Shown here one piece after another: positions 26,916 to 36,110 of a stretch of 64,000 bases of DNA. The position numbers were made by a program, and so were the translations under genes. A model generated the notes under the pieces. The model saw only the letters and a list, made by a program, of their open reading frames with translations. It made no database searches and was not told the origin of the DNA. Source of the stretch: Gemmatimonadota bacterium (GTDB lineage Bacteria > Gemmatimonadota > Gemmatimonadetes > Gemmatimonadales > GWC2-71-9); NCBI GenBank assembly GCA_025357945.1, contig JANYLJ010000056.1, positions 60,646 through 124,645 of the forward strand, written 5' to 3'. Numbering within the stretch: the first letter of the stretch is position 1; each line of letters starts with the position of its first letter.

Positions 26916-26931
26916 TCGCGAGTCGTGAGTG

Positions 26932-27069
26932 TGTCATCCTGAGCGAAACAACCGCGAAGCTGTTGTGAAGTCGAAGGACCTCGGTTCCACGCATGGAGCG
27001 TTGCTTCTGCGCACGGAACCGGGGTCCTTCGACTACGCGCACCTGCGGTTCGCTCCGCTCAGGATGACA
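26932..27069. repeat. 138-bp palindromic (MITE/REP-like) element made of two inverted units
   Basis: Perfect 14-bp termini: TGTCATCCTGAGCG (26932-26945) and CGCTCAGGATGACA (27056-27069). Inner inverted repeat: GTCGAAGGACCTCGGTTCC (26970-26988) and GGAACCGGGGTCCTTCGAC (27015-27033). Sits between convergent genes. Confidence 0.85.
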
Positions 27070-27078
27070 ACACTGCGT

Positions 27079-27630
27079 TCACCCCTCACGTCCCACGTCC
27101 CACGTCCCACGTCCGAGCACAAACCGCAACGGCCACGCCACCGCCCGCGTGATCCCAATCCGCGGTGTCACCTCGATCGACACTCCTCCCGGTGTGCGCC
27201 TCGCCGGACCCAACCGCAACGGACTCGCTTTCGTCACCGCCATGCCGTTGTGTTCGCCGGTGATCGCGAACGCCTGACCGACCTTGCCCGGCCCGTTCGT
27301 CAGCTGGGTGTCAGACACGCGACCGCGCCGCTCGCGGATGACGTCGATTCCCCCGATCGGCACAACGGCACGGATCAGCACGGCGGCACCATCGTCGTCG
27401 GTGGGTGCGGTGAGATTGAGGCACCAGTGGATACCGTACGACCGGTAGACGTACCAGGTCCCGGTGGCCGCATAGATCCCGTTGTAAAGCCGATGCCGGC
27501 GACCACGCCAGGCATGTGATGCGGCATCGTGTACGCCGAGATACGCTTCGGTTTCCATGATAACCCCGGAAACACGCGCGCCTCCGAGATCGGAGGCGAG
27601 CGTACGCCCAAGGAGACCGCGCGCCACCAC
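27079..27630 (-). CDS. mpg: DNA-3-methyladenine glycosylase (Mpg/AAG family)
   Basis: ORF 27079..27630. Contains MVARGLLGRTL...VIMETEAYLGVHDAASHAWRGRR...YVYRSYGIHWCLNL. Confidence 0.9.
   Translation of the reverse strand: MVARGLLGRTLASDLGGARVSGVIMETEAYLGVHDAASHAWRGRRHRLYNGIYAATGTWYVYRSYGIHWCLNLTAPTDDDGAAVLIRAVVPIGGIDVIRERRGRVSDTQLTNGPGKVGQAFAITGEHNGMAVTKASPLRLGPARRTPGGVSIEVTPRIGITRAVAWPLRFVLGRGTWDVGREG
27087..27114. repeat. Heptanucleotide tandem repeat (CACGTCC)x4
   Basis: Four perfect copies read directly at 27087-27114. They encode the last residues of Mpg (GTWDVGR...). Confidence 0.9.
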
Positions 27631-27644
27631 GATGGCGCGTGGGC

Positions 27645-29324
27645 TCAGCCGGCGCGCGGCTTCGAAGTCCGCGGTTTCGATGCCTTCTTCGCCTTCGCCG
27701 GCTTGGGCTTCGCCACGCTGAGCGTCGCCGGCAGAGCAGTCTCCGCTTTGGGCTTTTGCCCACCGCGCTTGCCACGGCGACTCTTGGGACCCCGATCGCC
27801 TGCTGCGGCAACCGGTTCCGCCGACGCGACGAGCGTTGCAACGGGCGGGACCTCCCTCGGTGCGGCGGCGGCGGCCGCTGGCGGCACAGCGTCGCCGTTG
27901 CGATCGACGACACCCACCATCTGCAATGCCGGCGGCCGGGTCGCCGTTCGCGAGCCACCACGGAAGCGCAGCGCGGCCGGTTGGCGGACGATCGGGGCCG
28001 CAGTGCCTGCTGCGTTCACGGCGGTGTCGGCCGGCGGACGCATCTGCAACGCCAGGTCCGCCTTGTGTTGCGAGATTTCGTACTGATCCTCCGCGACCAT
28101 GCGCACATCGGCGATTTCGGCGTCGTTGGCCTGGCGCAGCAACTTGTCGAATCGCGCCGGATCGAGTAGCGAATCTTCCTTGCCATGTAACGCGGCCATC
28201 CGGGCGCGCAGCGTCTCGTGTGGCGCCGGCGCCGGCAACTCACCCAGTGCCCGCGACATCAAGTGAAACGCCTCGGCCAACGTGAGGCCGGTCATCAAAC
28301 TCGCAGCACGAACCGACGGTGCTGGTGTCGCTGACGTGACCGCCGTGGCCGACGACGCGGCATCGTCAGCGGCGGAGCCGCGGCCGCGACCGCGGCCACC
28401 CCGACGGCGACGCGACGGGTGGCCCTCGGCATCCTTTGCGGCGGGCACCGATTCGGCCGGCGACACCGCTGAAGCCGCCCCCCCGCGCGTCCGCCTGGCC
28501 GGCACACCCGCCGCGGCCGCCGTGCCAGCGATCGGCGCCACGTCCAGCTGCCCATTCTCCTGCTTGATCACCTGAATCACCCGTCGCGCGCCAGCCTCGG
28601 TGACGAACTTGCTGAACCGGTTGTAGCCGGCGTTGGCCTCATCAAAACTCGGGTCGATCTGCTGCATGACCTGCTTGAGTCGGTCGGCGCGCATCACATC
28701 ACGATTCTGCACCATCTGCGCGACCGCCTCGCCTACCAGCTGCCACGGATCACGCGGCGGTCCGGGAACGTCGGCTTCCTTGCTCAGCCCGGCGAGGTCG
28801 CTGTAGGAGTAGTACTCGTCGCAATTCTGGATCAGGATGTCGCTCGCCGACTCACGGATGCCGACGCCGATGACATACTTGCCGTACTCCTTCAGTTTGA
28901 GCACCAGCGAGGAGAAGTCGCTATCGCCCGACAGCAGGATGAAGGTGCCGATCTCGGGCCGGGTGAATACCAGCTCGACCGCATCGACCGCCAGGCGGAT
29001 GTCCGTAGCGTTCTTCTTGTTGGTCCCGAACGCCGGCGCGAAGATCAGGTCGATCGACGATTCCGACAGCGACACGATGTACTGCGGATAGCGACGCCAG
29101 TCGGCATAGGCGCGCTGCACCGACACCTTGCCCTTGACGATGTCGCTGTTGAGCAGGGTGCGCAGTTCCTTGGCGAGGTCGGACCGCACGCCGAGGGTGA
29201 CGTTGTCGAAGTCGATGAGGAGCGCCGCGTTCGGCGCGTGATGGATGGGTGCCGCGCTGGGCACATGATGGGCGGGGGCGGCGGCTTGCTGCCGACCGGC
29301 CCGACGAACGGGTTGCGGATTCAC
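27645..29324 (-). CDS. NYN-domain (LabA/DUF88-like) protein with OST-HTH/LOTUS domains and basic tail
   Basis: ORF 27645..29324, GTG start. NYN core: ALLIDFDNVTLGV...KKNATDIRLAVDAVELVF...FILLSGDSDFSSLVLKLKEYGKYVIGVG. A LOTUS-like segment follows: LKQVMQQIDPSFDEANAGYNRFSKFVTEAG. The C-terminus is rich in K, R, P and A. Confidence 0.8.
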   Translation of the reverse strand: MNPQPVRRAGRQQAAAPAHHVPSAAPIHHAPNAALLIDFDNVTLGVRSDLAKELRTLLNSDIVKGKVSVQRAYADWRRYPQYIVSLSESSIDLIFAPAFGTNKKNATDIRLAVDAVELVFTRPEIGTFILLSGDSDFSSLVLKLKEYGKYVIGVGIRESASDILIQNCDEYYSYSDLAGLSKEADVPGPPRDPWQLVGEAVAQMVQNRDVMRADRLKQVMQQIDPSFDEANAGYNRFSKFVTEAGARRVIQVIKQENGQLDVAPIAGTAAAAGVPARRTRGGAASAVSPAESVPAAKDAEGHPSRRRRGGRGRGRGSAADDAASSATAVTSATPAPSVRAASLMTGLTLAEAFHLMSRALGELPAPAPHETLRARMAALHGKEDSLLDPARFDKLLRQANDAEIADVRMVAEDQYEISQHKADLALQMRPPADTAVNAAGTAAPIVRQPAALRFRGGSRTATRPPALQMVGVVDRNGDAVPPAAAAAAPREVPPVATLVASAEPVAAAGDRGPKSRRGKRGGQKPKAETALPATLSVAKPKPAKAKKASKPRTSKPRAG

Positions 29325-29571
29325 GACGGTACCATTGTGTTGGCCGTCCCCGGTCTCGGCGTCAGCCGCGCGATTCGCTCATGCGCGATGCAGCGGCCAC
29401 GTCGACGATCGAGACAGCAGGTGATGCGGTGCGGCACCAGGGTGGCGCTCGCCCTCGCTTGTCCGACGAACCCAGCTGGCTCTGCAATCGGACAGCCTGA
29501 AGAATAGACGCGACGAGGCGGTCTGCGCCAGCGCGAGCGAATAACCGTCCAGCGGATCCACGCGGGCACGT

Positions 29572-30630
29572 TCAGGCGAACGGGCCCTCCGCACTGGTCA
29601 CCCGCGGCAGCACGAGACGGAACGAGAAGCGCGTCCCTTCACCCTGCGCCGTGCTGACCGAGAGTTCGGCACCCATCGCCTCCACGAGTTTGCGGCAGAT
29701 CGACAGCCCGAGCCCCGAGCCGGAAAACGCGTAGTCACCGCTCTGCTGGCGCCGCCGGAACGGTTCGAACAACGTCGGCATCGCGGCAGCAGGCACGCCC
29801 CGGCCGGTATCCCGCACCGAACATTCCACGATCTCGTCGGTCACTTCCGTCAGCTTCACCTCGACGTACCCTTCAGCGGTGAACTTGAGGGCGTTGGTCG
29901 TCAGGTTCAGCAGCACGCGATTGAGCGCACCGGGATGGCCGCGGCGACGATCGCTCGGCGGGCCTTCGCAGCGCAACTCCAGCCCCTTCTCTTCCGCGAT
30001 CGGCAACACAATGTCCCGCACCGCCTCCATCACTTCCGCCACGGAGAACGCCTGGGTGTCGTGACTGATCAGACGATCGCCGCCGCGAACCAGTTCGATG
30101 ACGTCACTCGCGACCGCATTGAGGCCGAACGCCGCGGAGTACACCAGGCCGAGTTGACGTTCCTGCAATGGCGTGAGGGGTCCGCTGCGCCCACGCAGCA
30201 TCGTTTCGGCAAGGAAGAGGATCGAGGTGAGCGGTGAGCGGAGATCGTGCGCGACTTCGACGATCAGGTCGAGTCCGCTCGGTCCCGTCATCCGCTCCTG
30301 GAAGTGTTCGGACCAGCGTGGCTCAAGCGACGTCGCCACCGACTCGACCGCGCACAGCAGGGGGAGGCATTCTGCCGGTGCGAGGCGCTCACCCTGCTGG
30401 ATCACGCGGCGGCGGAGCAGCGTCACGATCCGGCGGGTGAGTGGCGAGGCCGGTCCGGCTTCAGGTTGGGCCTTGCCATCCGCCGCATCCTGCACGCGCG
30501 CCACCACATCCGCCAATCCCGCAGCGACTTCTGCTTGCGAAATAGCATCCTCGGAAAACGCGCGCCAATCCTCGACCAGCGCGTCGGCCACTGTGTCCAG
30601 GTGCTGACGTGCGGCAGCGCCGAGAGGCAT
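29572..30630 (-). CDS. Soluble sensor histidine kinase (HisKA + HATPase_c)
   Basis: ORF 29572..30630. H-box EVAHDLRSPLTSILFLAETM. N and G boxes: LLNLTTNALKFT, DTGRGV, GSGLGLSICRKLVE. No TM segment. Immediately downstream of the response regulator gene, with one nucleotide between the regulator's stop and the kinase's start codon. Confidence 0.85.
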   Translation of the reverse strand: MPLGAAARQHLDTVADALVEDWRAFSEDAISQAEVAAGLADVVARVQDAADGKAQPEAGPASPLTRRIVTLLRRRVIQQGERLAPAECLPLLCAVESVATSLEPRWSEHFQERMTGPSGLDLIVEVAHDLRSPLTSILFLAETMLRGRSGPLTPLQERQLGLVYSAAFGLNAVASDVIELVRGGDRLISHDTQAFSVAEVMEAVRDIVLPIAEEKGLELRCEGPPSDRRRGHPGALNRVLLNLTTNALKFTAEGYVEVKLTEVTDEIVECSVRDTGRGVPAAAMPTLFEPFRRRQQSGDYAFSGSGLGLSICRKLVEAMGAELSVSTAQGEGTRFSFRLVLPRVTSAEGPFA

Positions 30631-30631
30631 G

Positions 30632-32182
30632 CTACTCGCCGTGGTCGTCGCGCTGGAGCCCGTGCTTCTCCATCAACCGGTAGAGCGTCGTGCGGTCGAT
30701 GTTCGCCTGGCGGGCGGCCTTGGACATGTTTCCGGCCGCGCGGGCCACCAGACGGGTGAGGTAATCGCGTTCGAATTGCGAAACCACCTGGTCCTTCACC
30801 TCGTGGAACGGTCCGTCCAGCATCGGCACGGGCGCCCGCTCCGACGCCACTTCCGCGTCATCGAAGATCGGGATGTCGCCCGGTTCGATCAGCTGTTCCG
30901 GCTCCACCAGCACGGCGACGTGCTCAATGGCATTCTGCAGCTCGCGCACGTTGCCGCGCCAGGGCAGCGAACGCAGATACTCGATGCTCGATTCGCTCAA
31001 GCGCGGCGCACGATCCGGCATTTGCCGGTGGCGATGCCAGAATACGCCAAGAAAGTGATTGGCGAGTATGGCGATGTCCTCGACCCGCTGGCGAAGCGGC
31101 GGCAGCGTGATCGGCACCACGCGGAGGCGATAGAAGAGGTCGCCACGCAGGACGCCCCGCTCCACCGCTTCCTGCGGATCGCGGTTGGTCGCCGAGATGA
31201 AGCGCACGTCCACCGGATCACCCGCCGTTTCGGCACCGACGCGACGCACCACACCGTCCTGGACGACCCGGAGCAACTTCGCCTGCAGCGGCAGCGACAT
31301 CTCGGTGAGTTCGTCGAGGAAGAGCGTACCACCGTTGGCGGTCTCGAGCAGGCCGGGCTTGTCGCGGTCCGCGCCCGTGAAGGCACCCTTGCGATGGCCG
31401 AACATTTCCGACTCGAGCAGCGGTTCGGGCAGGGCGGCGCAATTGATCGGCACCATGGCCTTCTTCGCCCGGCGCGAGTGCTGATGGATGAACTGGGCGA
31501 TGACTTCCTTGCCGGTGCCACTCTCGCCGCTGATGAACACCGACGCATCGGTCGGCGCGACCTTGCGCGCCAGATCCACGGCCTTGCGAAACGCCGGCGA
31601 GATCCCGATCAGCGTGTGGGTATCGGATTGCGAGTGCTGGCGCAGCACCTGAAGCCGGAGGTCGGCCGCTTCCCGGCCCTTGAGGACCGCGTGCGACGCC
31701 CGGCCGATCAACACCTGCAGGTGCGTGGCCGAGAACGGCTTGGGCAGGTAATCCCATGCCCCCATGCGCAGCGCCTCGATGCTCGATGTCACACTCGGAT
31801 TGCCGGTCATCACGACGACCAGGCAGTCGCGGTTCGCTTCCAGCGAGGCGTTCAGGAGGTCGAGCCCCGACACCTGCGACATGAACAGGTCGACCAGCAC
31901 CAGGTCGAACTGGCGCCGTTGCACCATTTCCAGCGCTTCCTCCCCCCGCCCTGCCAGGGTCACGCTGTATCCCTCGCCGCGCAACACGGACGCACAGCTC
32001 TCGCGGAGTGTGCGCTCGTCGTCGACGATCAGAATCCGGATCGACGCCTTGACGTCCGCCGGAAATGACAATGCATCCCGGCTGGCAGGCGACTCCGAGG
32101 GGCCAACGTTCGAGCCGGCCCCGGTAACAGCGGTCATGACGGTACTCCTGGCAGCCTTGGTGGCGTGGGATCTGTCCTGCAC
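30632..32182 (-). CDS. Sigma-54-dependent response regulator (NtrC family; PrsR-like by locus context)
   Basis: ORF 30632..32182. Receiver domain RILIVDDERTLRESCASVL...DLVLVDLFM. AAA+ domain GESGTGKEVIAQFIH plus ESEMFGHRKGAFTGA (GAFTGA). C-terminal Fis-type HTH: AAGNMSKAARQANIDRTTLYRLMEKHG. The start may lie downstream at MTAVTG. Confidence 0.9.
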   Translation of the reverse strand: MQDRSHATKAARSTVMTAVTGAGSNVGPSESPASRDALSFPADVKASIRILIVDDERTLRESCASVLRGEGYSVTLAGRGEEALEMVQRRQFDLVLVDLFMSQVSGLDLLNASLEANRDCLVVVMTGNPSVTSSIEALRMGAWDYLPKPFSATHLQVLIGRASHAVLKGREAADLRLQVLRQHSQSDTHTLIGISPAFRKAVDLARKVAPTDASVFISGESGTGKEVIAQFIHQHSRRAKKAMVPINCAALPEPLLESEMFGHRKGAFTGADRDKPGLLETANGGTLFLDELTEMSLPLQAKLLRVVQDGVVRRVGAETAGDPVDVRFISATNRDPQEAVERGVLRGDLFYRLRVVPITLPPLRQRVEDIAILANHFLGVFWHRHRQMPDRAPRLSESSIEYLRSLPWRGNVRELQNAIEHVAVLVEPEQLIEPGDIPIFDDAEVASERAPVPMLDGPFHEVKDQVVSQFERDYLTRLVARAAGNMSKAARQANIDRTTLYRLMEKHGLQRDDHGE

Positions 32183-32349
32183 TCGTCAAGGCGAAAAGCG
32201 TGCCGAAACTGTGGTGCCGGTCCATCGCTGACGGGCGTTATGAAGTTACACCGTTGCTTCAACGGCGCAGGTGTGTCGTAATAACATCATAATCGTTGCC
32301 GCAATGCAACAGAGGTGTCGCATGAAGTCTGGGCTATTGGCGCAGGTTG

Positions 32350-32366
32350 CGGTATCATGCTTGCAT
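32350..32366 (+). promoter_or_regulatory. Weak sigma-54 -24/-12 candidate upstream of the tyrosine-kinase gene
   Basis: CGGTATCATGCTTGCAT has GG and GC at the correct 12-nt register and a perfect TTGCAT -12 element, but a poor -24 element. About 60 nt upstream of ATG 32426. Confidence 0.3.
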
Positions 32367-32425
32367 AGTCGCCGACAGGAATCCGCTGCTCTTCACTGGA
32401 CCCGGTTACCTCGAACGCAGGCGTC

Positions 32426-34843
32426 ATGACGAACCTTGCCCCGCAACGCGGATCGCTGCCGGCCCCCCTCGGGCCGCTGAGTTTCAATCCCGGATCGCCG
32501 CTCGGCAGTGCCAGCGGCGGCCCGCGAACCAGCCCGCTGGTGCGCTACTTCGGCGCGGTCAAGCGGGCCAAATGGCTGGTGCTCCTGTTGACCCTCCTCG
32601 GGCTCGGCGGCGGCTACCTGATGAGCAAGTTGCGGCCGCAGCAGTTCGTCGTAAGGGCCAAGCTGCAGATCGCCCCGACCGACAACCCGACCTTCCAGTC
32701 CGACCAGTGGACGATCTACCTGAAGAGCTACTCGATCGTCAACCCGGTGGTCCTCAGCCGGCGGCTGTACATCCAGGGACCGAAGCGGGTTGGCGGACCA
32801 CCGGCGCCACTCGGCCCGAGCGGACCGGCCGCTGGGCTGTTCAACGGCTTTTCGCTGGCGCCCCGATCGACCGCCGGATCCTATCGGCTGAAGGTCAGTT
32901 CGGACGGGCGCAGTTGGGACTTCACCAACACCCTCAACTCGCAGAAGGAGCGCGGCGCGGTCGGCGATAGCGTCGGCCGGGCATTCGGCTTCCAGTGGTT
33001 GCCGGTCATCGAGCACCGCTGGGCGGGACAGACCTTCGATTTCGACGTGATGACCCCGCGCGAGGCAGCCGATGCGCTCAACTCGCAGCTCGATGTTTCG
33101 GTGGTGCCATACAAGAATCCCCGGTTCATCATTCTCTCGCTCGATGGCCAGGATGCCGACGCGACCGCGGGGACGCTCAACGAGTTGATCGACGTGTTCG
33201 TTGCTGCAGCGGGGATAACCAAGCGCCACGACGTGACCACGGCCGCCGCGGGGCTCGACTCGCAGCTGACCCTGGCCAAGGCGAAGCTCGACGCCGACGA
33301 CCGGGCGCTGCAGCAGTATCAGATCAAGACGATCACGCTGCCGCGGGAGGTATTTCCGGTTGCCCCCGGCCTGCAATCCACCACGACCGGGGCCTACAGC
33401 GAGTACGTCACCAAGCGCAATGAGGTCGCCAAGCTCCGGAAGCAACGGCGTGATCTCGCCGGCGCACTGGCCAAGATCGAGCGAGGCGAAGGTGCCGCCG
33501 ACCAGTACGCCATGAATCCGGTCACCAAACTGTCGCCGGAGCTGATGAGCTACATCACGGAACTGGTCCAGAACGAGCAGCTCTACCAGACCCTGCATGC
33601 GCGCTATACCGATTCTGCGGTCAGCTTCGACGGCAAGATCAACATGCCGCGGCTGCGAGACGACATTCATCGCCTGCGGGCGGCAACGATCCCGATGTAC
33701 ACCCGAGAAGTCCTCAGCACCCTGGATGGCCTGATCGCCAGCGCCGATTCGGAAGTGGTGGCCGGGCGGGGTGAACTGCAGGATATTCCGCAGCGTTCGA
33801 TCACGGAGGCCGAACTCCAGCGCAACCGGACCTTCGACGAGGGCATCGTCGGCGACCTCACCAAGCAGTATCACGCCGCCAAGGCGCGCGAAGTGAGTGC
33901 GGTTCCGGATGTCGCAATCCTCGACCCTGCCGTCGCTCCGCTCAAGCCCACCAAGAACAAGTCGGTGGTGTTGATCGCGATGGGCGCGATCATCGGCCTG
34001 GGTGCCGCCCTCGGACTCGCACTGCTCCTCGACATGACCGACAAGCGGGTACGCTACGCCGATCAGATCACCAGCGGCCTCGGGCTCACAATTCTCGGCG
34101 TGATCCCCGAGATCCGCCGGGCCAAGGGCCAGCAGCCGTCGGCCGACGAGGCCGCCCAGGTGATCGAGTCGTTCCGGACCGTGCGCCTCAATCTCTCGCA
34201 CGCGCTGGGTGAAGGTCCGGTGCTCCTCACCATTTCGAGCCCGTCGCCCGGCGACGGCAAGTCGCTGGTCGCGTCGAACCTCGCGCTGTCGTTCGCCGAG
34301 TCCGGCTACCGGACGCTACTGATCGACGGTGACGCCCGCCGGGGTGAGCTGCATCGCACCTTCGGCACCGAACGACGCCCGGGGCTGCTGGATTTCCTGT
34401 CCGGCGAGTTGGCCATGGATCAGCTGGTGCGTACCACGACGCACAGCCAGCTCAAGCTGATCACCGGCGGCAGTCGCAAGCGCAATGCTCCCGAGCTGCT
34501 CGGCACCCCGCGCATGCGCGAGTTGCTGACCGCCATGCGCAACCAGTTCGACGTCATCATCGTGGATACACCGCCGCTGGGAGCCGGGATCGACCCGTTC
34601 GTCCTGAGCACCCTGACTGGCAACCTCATGCTGGTGGTGCGGGCCGGGGCCACCGAGCGCGACCTGACCGAAGCGAAGCTGCAGATTGTGGACCAACTTC
34701 CGATCCGGCTCGTCGGCGCGGTGATGAACGACGTGCGCTCGACCATGAACGACTACAAGTACTACTCCTTCAGTTACGGTTACGGGGCAGTGGACGAACC
34801 GCTCGAGCCCAAGGCGCTGGTCGCCGACGCCAGGAGTTCCTGA
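32426..34843 (+). CDS. Polysaccharide co-polymerase / tyrosine autokinase (Wzc, GumC/ExoP-like)
   Basis: ORF 32426..34843. N-terminal Wzz-like domain with two TM segments and a long coiled periplasmic region. C-terminal kinase with Walker A SPSPGDGKS, A' LLIDGDARRG and B VIIVDTPP. Tyr-rich tail NDYKYYSFSYGYG. Confidence 0.9.
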   Translation: MTNLAPQRGSLPAPLGPLSFNPGSPLGSASGGPRTSPLVRYFGAVKRAKWLVLLLTLLGLGGGYLMSKLRPQQFVVRAKLQIAPTDNPTFQSDQWTIYLKSYSIVNPVVLSRRLYIQGPKRVGGPPAPLGPSGPAAGLFNGFSLAPRSTAGSYRLKVSSDGRSWDFTNTLNSQKERGAVGDSVGRAFGFQWLPVIEHRWAGQTFDFDVMTPREAADALNSQLDVSVVPYKNPRFIILSLDGQDADATAGTLNELIDVFVAAAGITKRHDVTTAAAGLDSQLTLAKAKLDADDRALQQYQIKTITLPREVFPVAPGLQSTTTGAYSEYVTKRNEVAKLRKQRRDLAGALAKIERGEGAADQYAMNPVTKLSPELMSYITELVQNEQLYQTLHARYTDSAVSFDGKINMPRLRDDIHRLRAATIPMYTREVLSTLDGLIASADSEVVAGRGELQDIPQRSITEAELQRNRTFDEGIVGDLTKQYHAAKAREVSAVPDVAILDPAVAPLKPTKNKSVVLIAMGAIIGLGAALGLALLLDMTDKRVRYADQITSGLGLTILGVIPEIRRAKGQQPSADEAAQVIESFRTVRLNLSHALGEGPVLLTISSPSPGDGKSLVASNLALSFAESGYRTLLIDGDARRGELHRTFGTERRPGLLDFLSGELAMDQLVRTTTHSQLKLITGGSRKRNAPELLGTPRMRELLTAMRNQFDVIIVDTPPLGAGIDPFVLSTLTGNLMLVVRAGATERDLTEAKLQIVDQLPIRLVGAVMNDVRSTMNDYKYYSFSYGYGAVDEPLEPKALVADARSS

Positions 34844-34917
34844 GGGACACAAAATACGATCGGCCCGCCAACGGCGAGCCGATCATCGCTTCGGGCGCCG
34901 CCGATTCGTTCGCCGCC

Positions 34918-36006
34918 TCAGCTGGCCAGCGCCAGCGTCACCTGATCGACGAGTTGCTCGCCGTTTGAAGGAAGTGCCTCGGGGTGCGTACCGGCCACCA
35001 CCGTGGCCCGGAGTTGATCCGCTCCGAGCCCCGCAGCGCCGGAGATCACCTTCCCCAATCGATCGGCCAGGCGGACCGCATCATCCGCGTTGGTACCCGG
35101 CGCGATCACCGCGAGCGTGCTGTCCCCCAGATGTCCCAGGGCGTCGGTTGCCCGCCCGCTGGCCTTGAACGCGGGCACCGCAACGCGCAGTCGGTCGGCC
35201 GAGTCGGAATCCCGGATCGACCACGCCACGCACGCGAACGCGCGGCCGAGTCGGCGTGCCTCGGCAAGCAGTTCGGTGGCACGGCGCGCCAGCCCGAAAC
35301 GGCTGTACAGCCCAGTGGCGTCGTCGATCAGCGCACCGCGTCGCAGCCGGCGCGTTTCCCGGTACGCCGCGAGATAGATATTGATCTTGTGCAGCAGCGC
35401 CTCGGCGTCGAGTGGCTGGCCATAGAACTCCCAGGCACCCGCCGCGTAGGCGTTGAGCCGTTGCGGGCGCCCCGACGGTCCGGCGGTTGTAATGATGATG
35501 GGGAGCGACGGACCAAAGCGCGGGTTGGCTCGCAGCTGGCGACACACGTCGGTGCCCGAAAAATCCGGGAGTTGCTGGTCGAGGATGACGAGATCCGGAT
35601 CCGTTTCGGCGACAACGCGAAGAACCGTTCCGGCGGTGTACGCGTGCATCACCTGATACCCGGCGGCCGCCAGAATCGTCTCGACGGCCCGTGCCGTCCA
35701 TTCCTGGTCGTTGGCAATAACGATCAGCGGGGGTGCCTGATCAGTTGGTGTGGCATCCAAGCTCGACAAGAGTCCCCCGGAGGGCGAGTCACCCAACGAC
35801 GTGTTAGACCGATGCACAGTCGCGACAGTATTGAGACACCGCGTCACAGCCTGGCACAATTCATCAGGGCCAGAGCGCGCCACGCGCATCGACCCTAAGT
35901 CGTTGGCAATAAATAGCTTCCAGCCAGTTGGTGGCGCCAGGCGGCTGCCGCATCGCCGCCGTGGCGATGTCGGCTCTTGTGCAATGTCCCTGCCGTCAGC
36001 CATCAT
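34918..36006 (-). CDS. Response-regulator receiver fused to a degenerate GGDEF-like domain
   Basis: ORF 34918..36006. Receiver: LIVIANDQEW...DLVILDQQLPDFSGTDVCRQLR...LPIIITT. Then DDATGLYSRFGL... with LGHLGDSTLAVIAPG where GGDEF would be expected. The true start may be internal, for example ATG 35889. Confidence 0.7.
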   Translation of the reverse strand: MMADGRDIAQEPTSPRRRCGSRLAPPTGWKLFIANDLGSMRVARSGPDELCQAVTRCLNTVATVHRSNTSLGDSPSGGLLSSLDATPTDQAPPLIVIANDQEWTARAVETILAAAGYQVMHAYTAGTVLRVVAETDPDLVILDQQLPDFSGTDVCRQLRANPRFGPSLPIIITTAGPSGRPQRLNAYAAGAWEFYGQPLDAEALLHKINIYLAAYRETRRLRRGALIDDATGLYSRFGLARRATELLAEARRLGRAFACVAWSIRDSDSADRLRVAVPAFKASGRATDALGHLGDSTLAVIAPGTNADDAVRLADRLGKVISGAAGLGADQLRATVVAGTHPEALPSNGEQLVDQVTLALAS

Positions 36007-36110
36007 CCCGCCGCGCTGGTAGTTGTGGGCATCCGGTCAGCGCCGCTGTGGCGCGCCTGCAGTCGCCTGTGGTGGCCACACGACACCGGTGACTCGGATC
36101 CGCCACGGTG

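Noticed and set aside
32295-32310. GTTGCCGCAATGCAAC as an enhancer-binding (UAS) palindrome between the activator gene and the kinase gene.
   Set aside because: Only the 5-bp arms are complementary. No similar site was found upstream of the other sigma-54 candidates.
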